Origin: Chiloscyllium plagiosum
Taxonomy: Eukaryota
Assembly: GCF_004010195.1 (NCBI RefSeq)
Contig: NC_057755.1
Coordinates: forward strand, 11,010,161 to 11,074,160
DNA length: 64,000 bases
Direction: 5' to 3'
Shown: one piece after another, positions 63,446 to 64,000 of the stretch
Layout: every line of letters starts with the position of its first letter
Position numbering within the stretch: position 1 is the first letter of the stretch
Program-made: the position numbers and the translations under genes
The notes under the pieces: generated by a model
What the model was told of the DNA's origin: nothing
Database searches by the model: none
Seen by the model: only the letters and a program-made list of their open reading frames with translations

Positions 63446-63678
63446 AGACTCCTACCCGGCTATGGGCCATATCCAATGAATATTGAAAAAGATTTTGATC
63501 AGAGATCAGGAGAGTGGCTAATTCTAACTGCCAGGAACCAGGTCAGGATAGAGAGATGTGTGGCTGTTTTCAGTGTGCTCTGCTCCCAGCTCCTAACCAT
63601 AGGTAGCATTCCGTAGCTCCTGGGACTGGGGACACACTCCCTGCTTTAGAGAAGGACTTGGCCAGCAGTTATGTTGCA

Positions 63679-63965
63679 GTGACCCCAACGTGATGGGGCT
63701 AGTACAGGCACCACCAGGAAGGCCGAACAGCCACGTGACTCCAACGTGATGGGGCTAGTACAGGCACTACCAGGAAGGCCGAACAGCCACGTGACTCCAA
63801 CGTGATGGGGCTAGTACAGGCACCACCAGGAAGGCCGAACAGCCACGTGACTCTAACGTGATGGGGCTAGTACAGGCACCACCAGGAAGGCCGAACAGCC
63901 ACGTGACTCCAACGTGATGGGGCTAGTACAGGCACCACCAGGAAGGCCGAACAGCCACATGACTT
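63679..63965. repeat. 56-bp tandem repeat, 5 copies
   Basis: CCAACGTGATGGGGCTAGTACAGGCACCACCAGGAAGGCCGAACAGCCACGTGACT; CAACG at 63686, 63742, 63798. Confidence 0.95.
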
Positions 63966-64000
63966 TGTGGAGGGCCTGCTGAAGTAAATCTACCGAACGG

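Overview
Vertebrate genomic DNA. The repeat content (HE1/V-SINEs, abundant CR1, Penelope-like termini) points to a cartilaginous fish, probably a shark; this is an inference. There are four assembly gaps (15346-15845, 35118-35326, 48536-49035, 52334-52544). The left 48.5 kb is a repeat-dense, segmentally duplicated locus holding a cluster of GPR139/GPR142-like class A GPCR genes: one complete two-exon gene (40351-40417 + 42972-43867), one paralogue whose exon 1 is missing at a gap (16356-17230), and a decayed fragment (~44836-45247). Two duplications structure it: a direct one of ~5-6 kb (15.9-20.8 kb vs 42.5-48.5 kb) and an inverted one of ~8 kb (7.5-15.3 kb vs 23.1-31.9 kb) that predicts a further receptor copy inside a gap. 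An orphan, nonsense-containing ALDH3B-like last exon (32040-32236) sits at the inversion breakpoint. Right of the 48.5-kb gap lie the last two exons of a Deltex E3 ligase gene (DTX4-like; 50379-50468, 55645-55857) embedded in satellites. Also present: a Gmr1-type Gypsy element (PR-INT-RT-RH order) with its 3' LTR, a second Gypsy relic, CR1, Rex1/Babar, L1/Tx1 remnants, and short Penelope-derived insertions with long TSDs, one carrying an intact-looking hammerhead ribozyme core. Family assignments come from motif recognition, not database searches; repeat boundaries are approximate.
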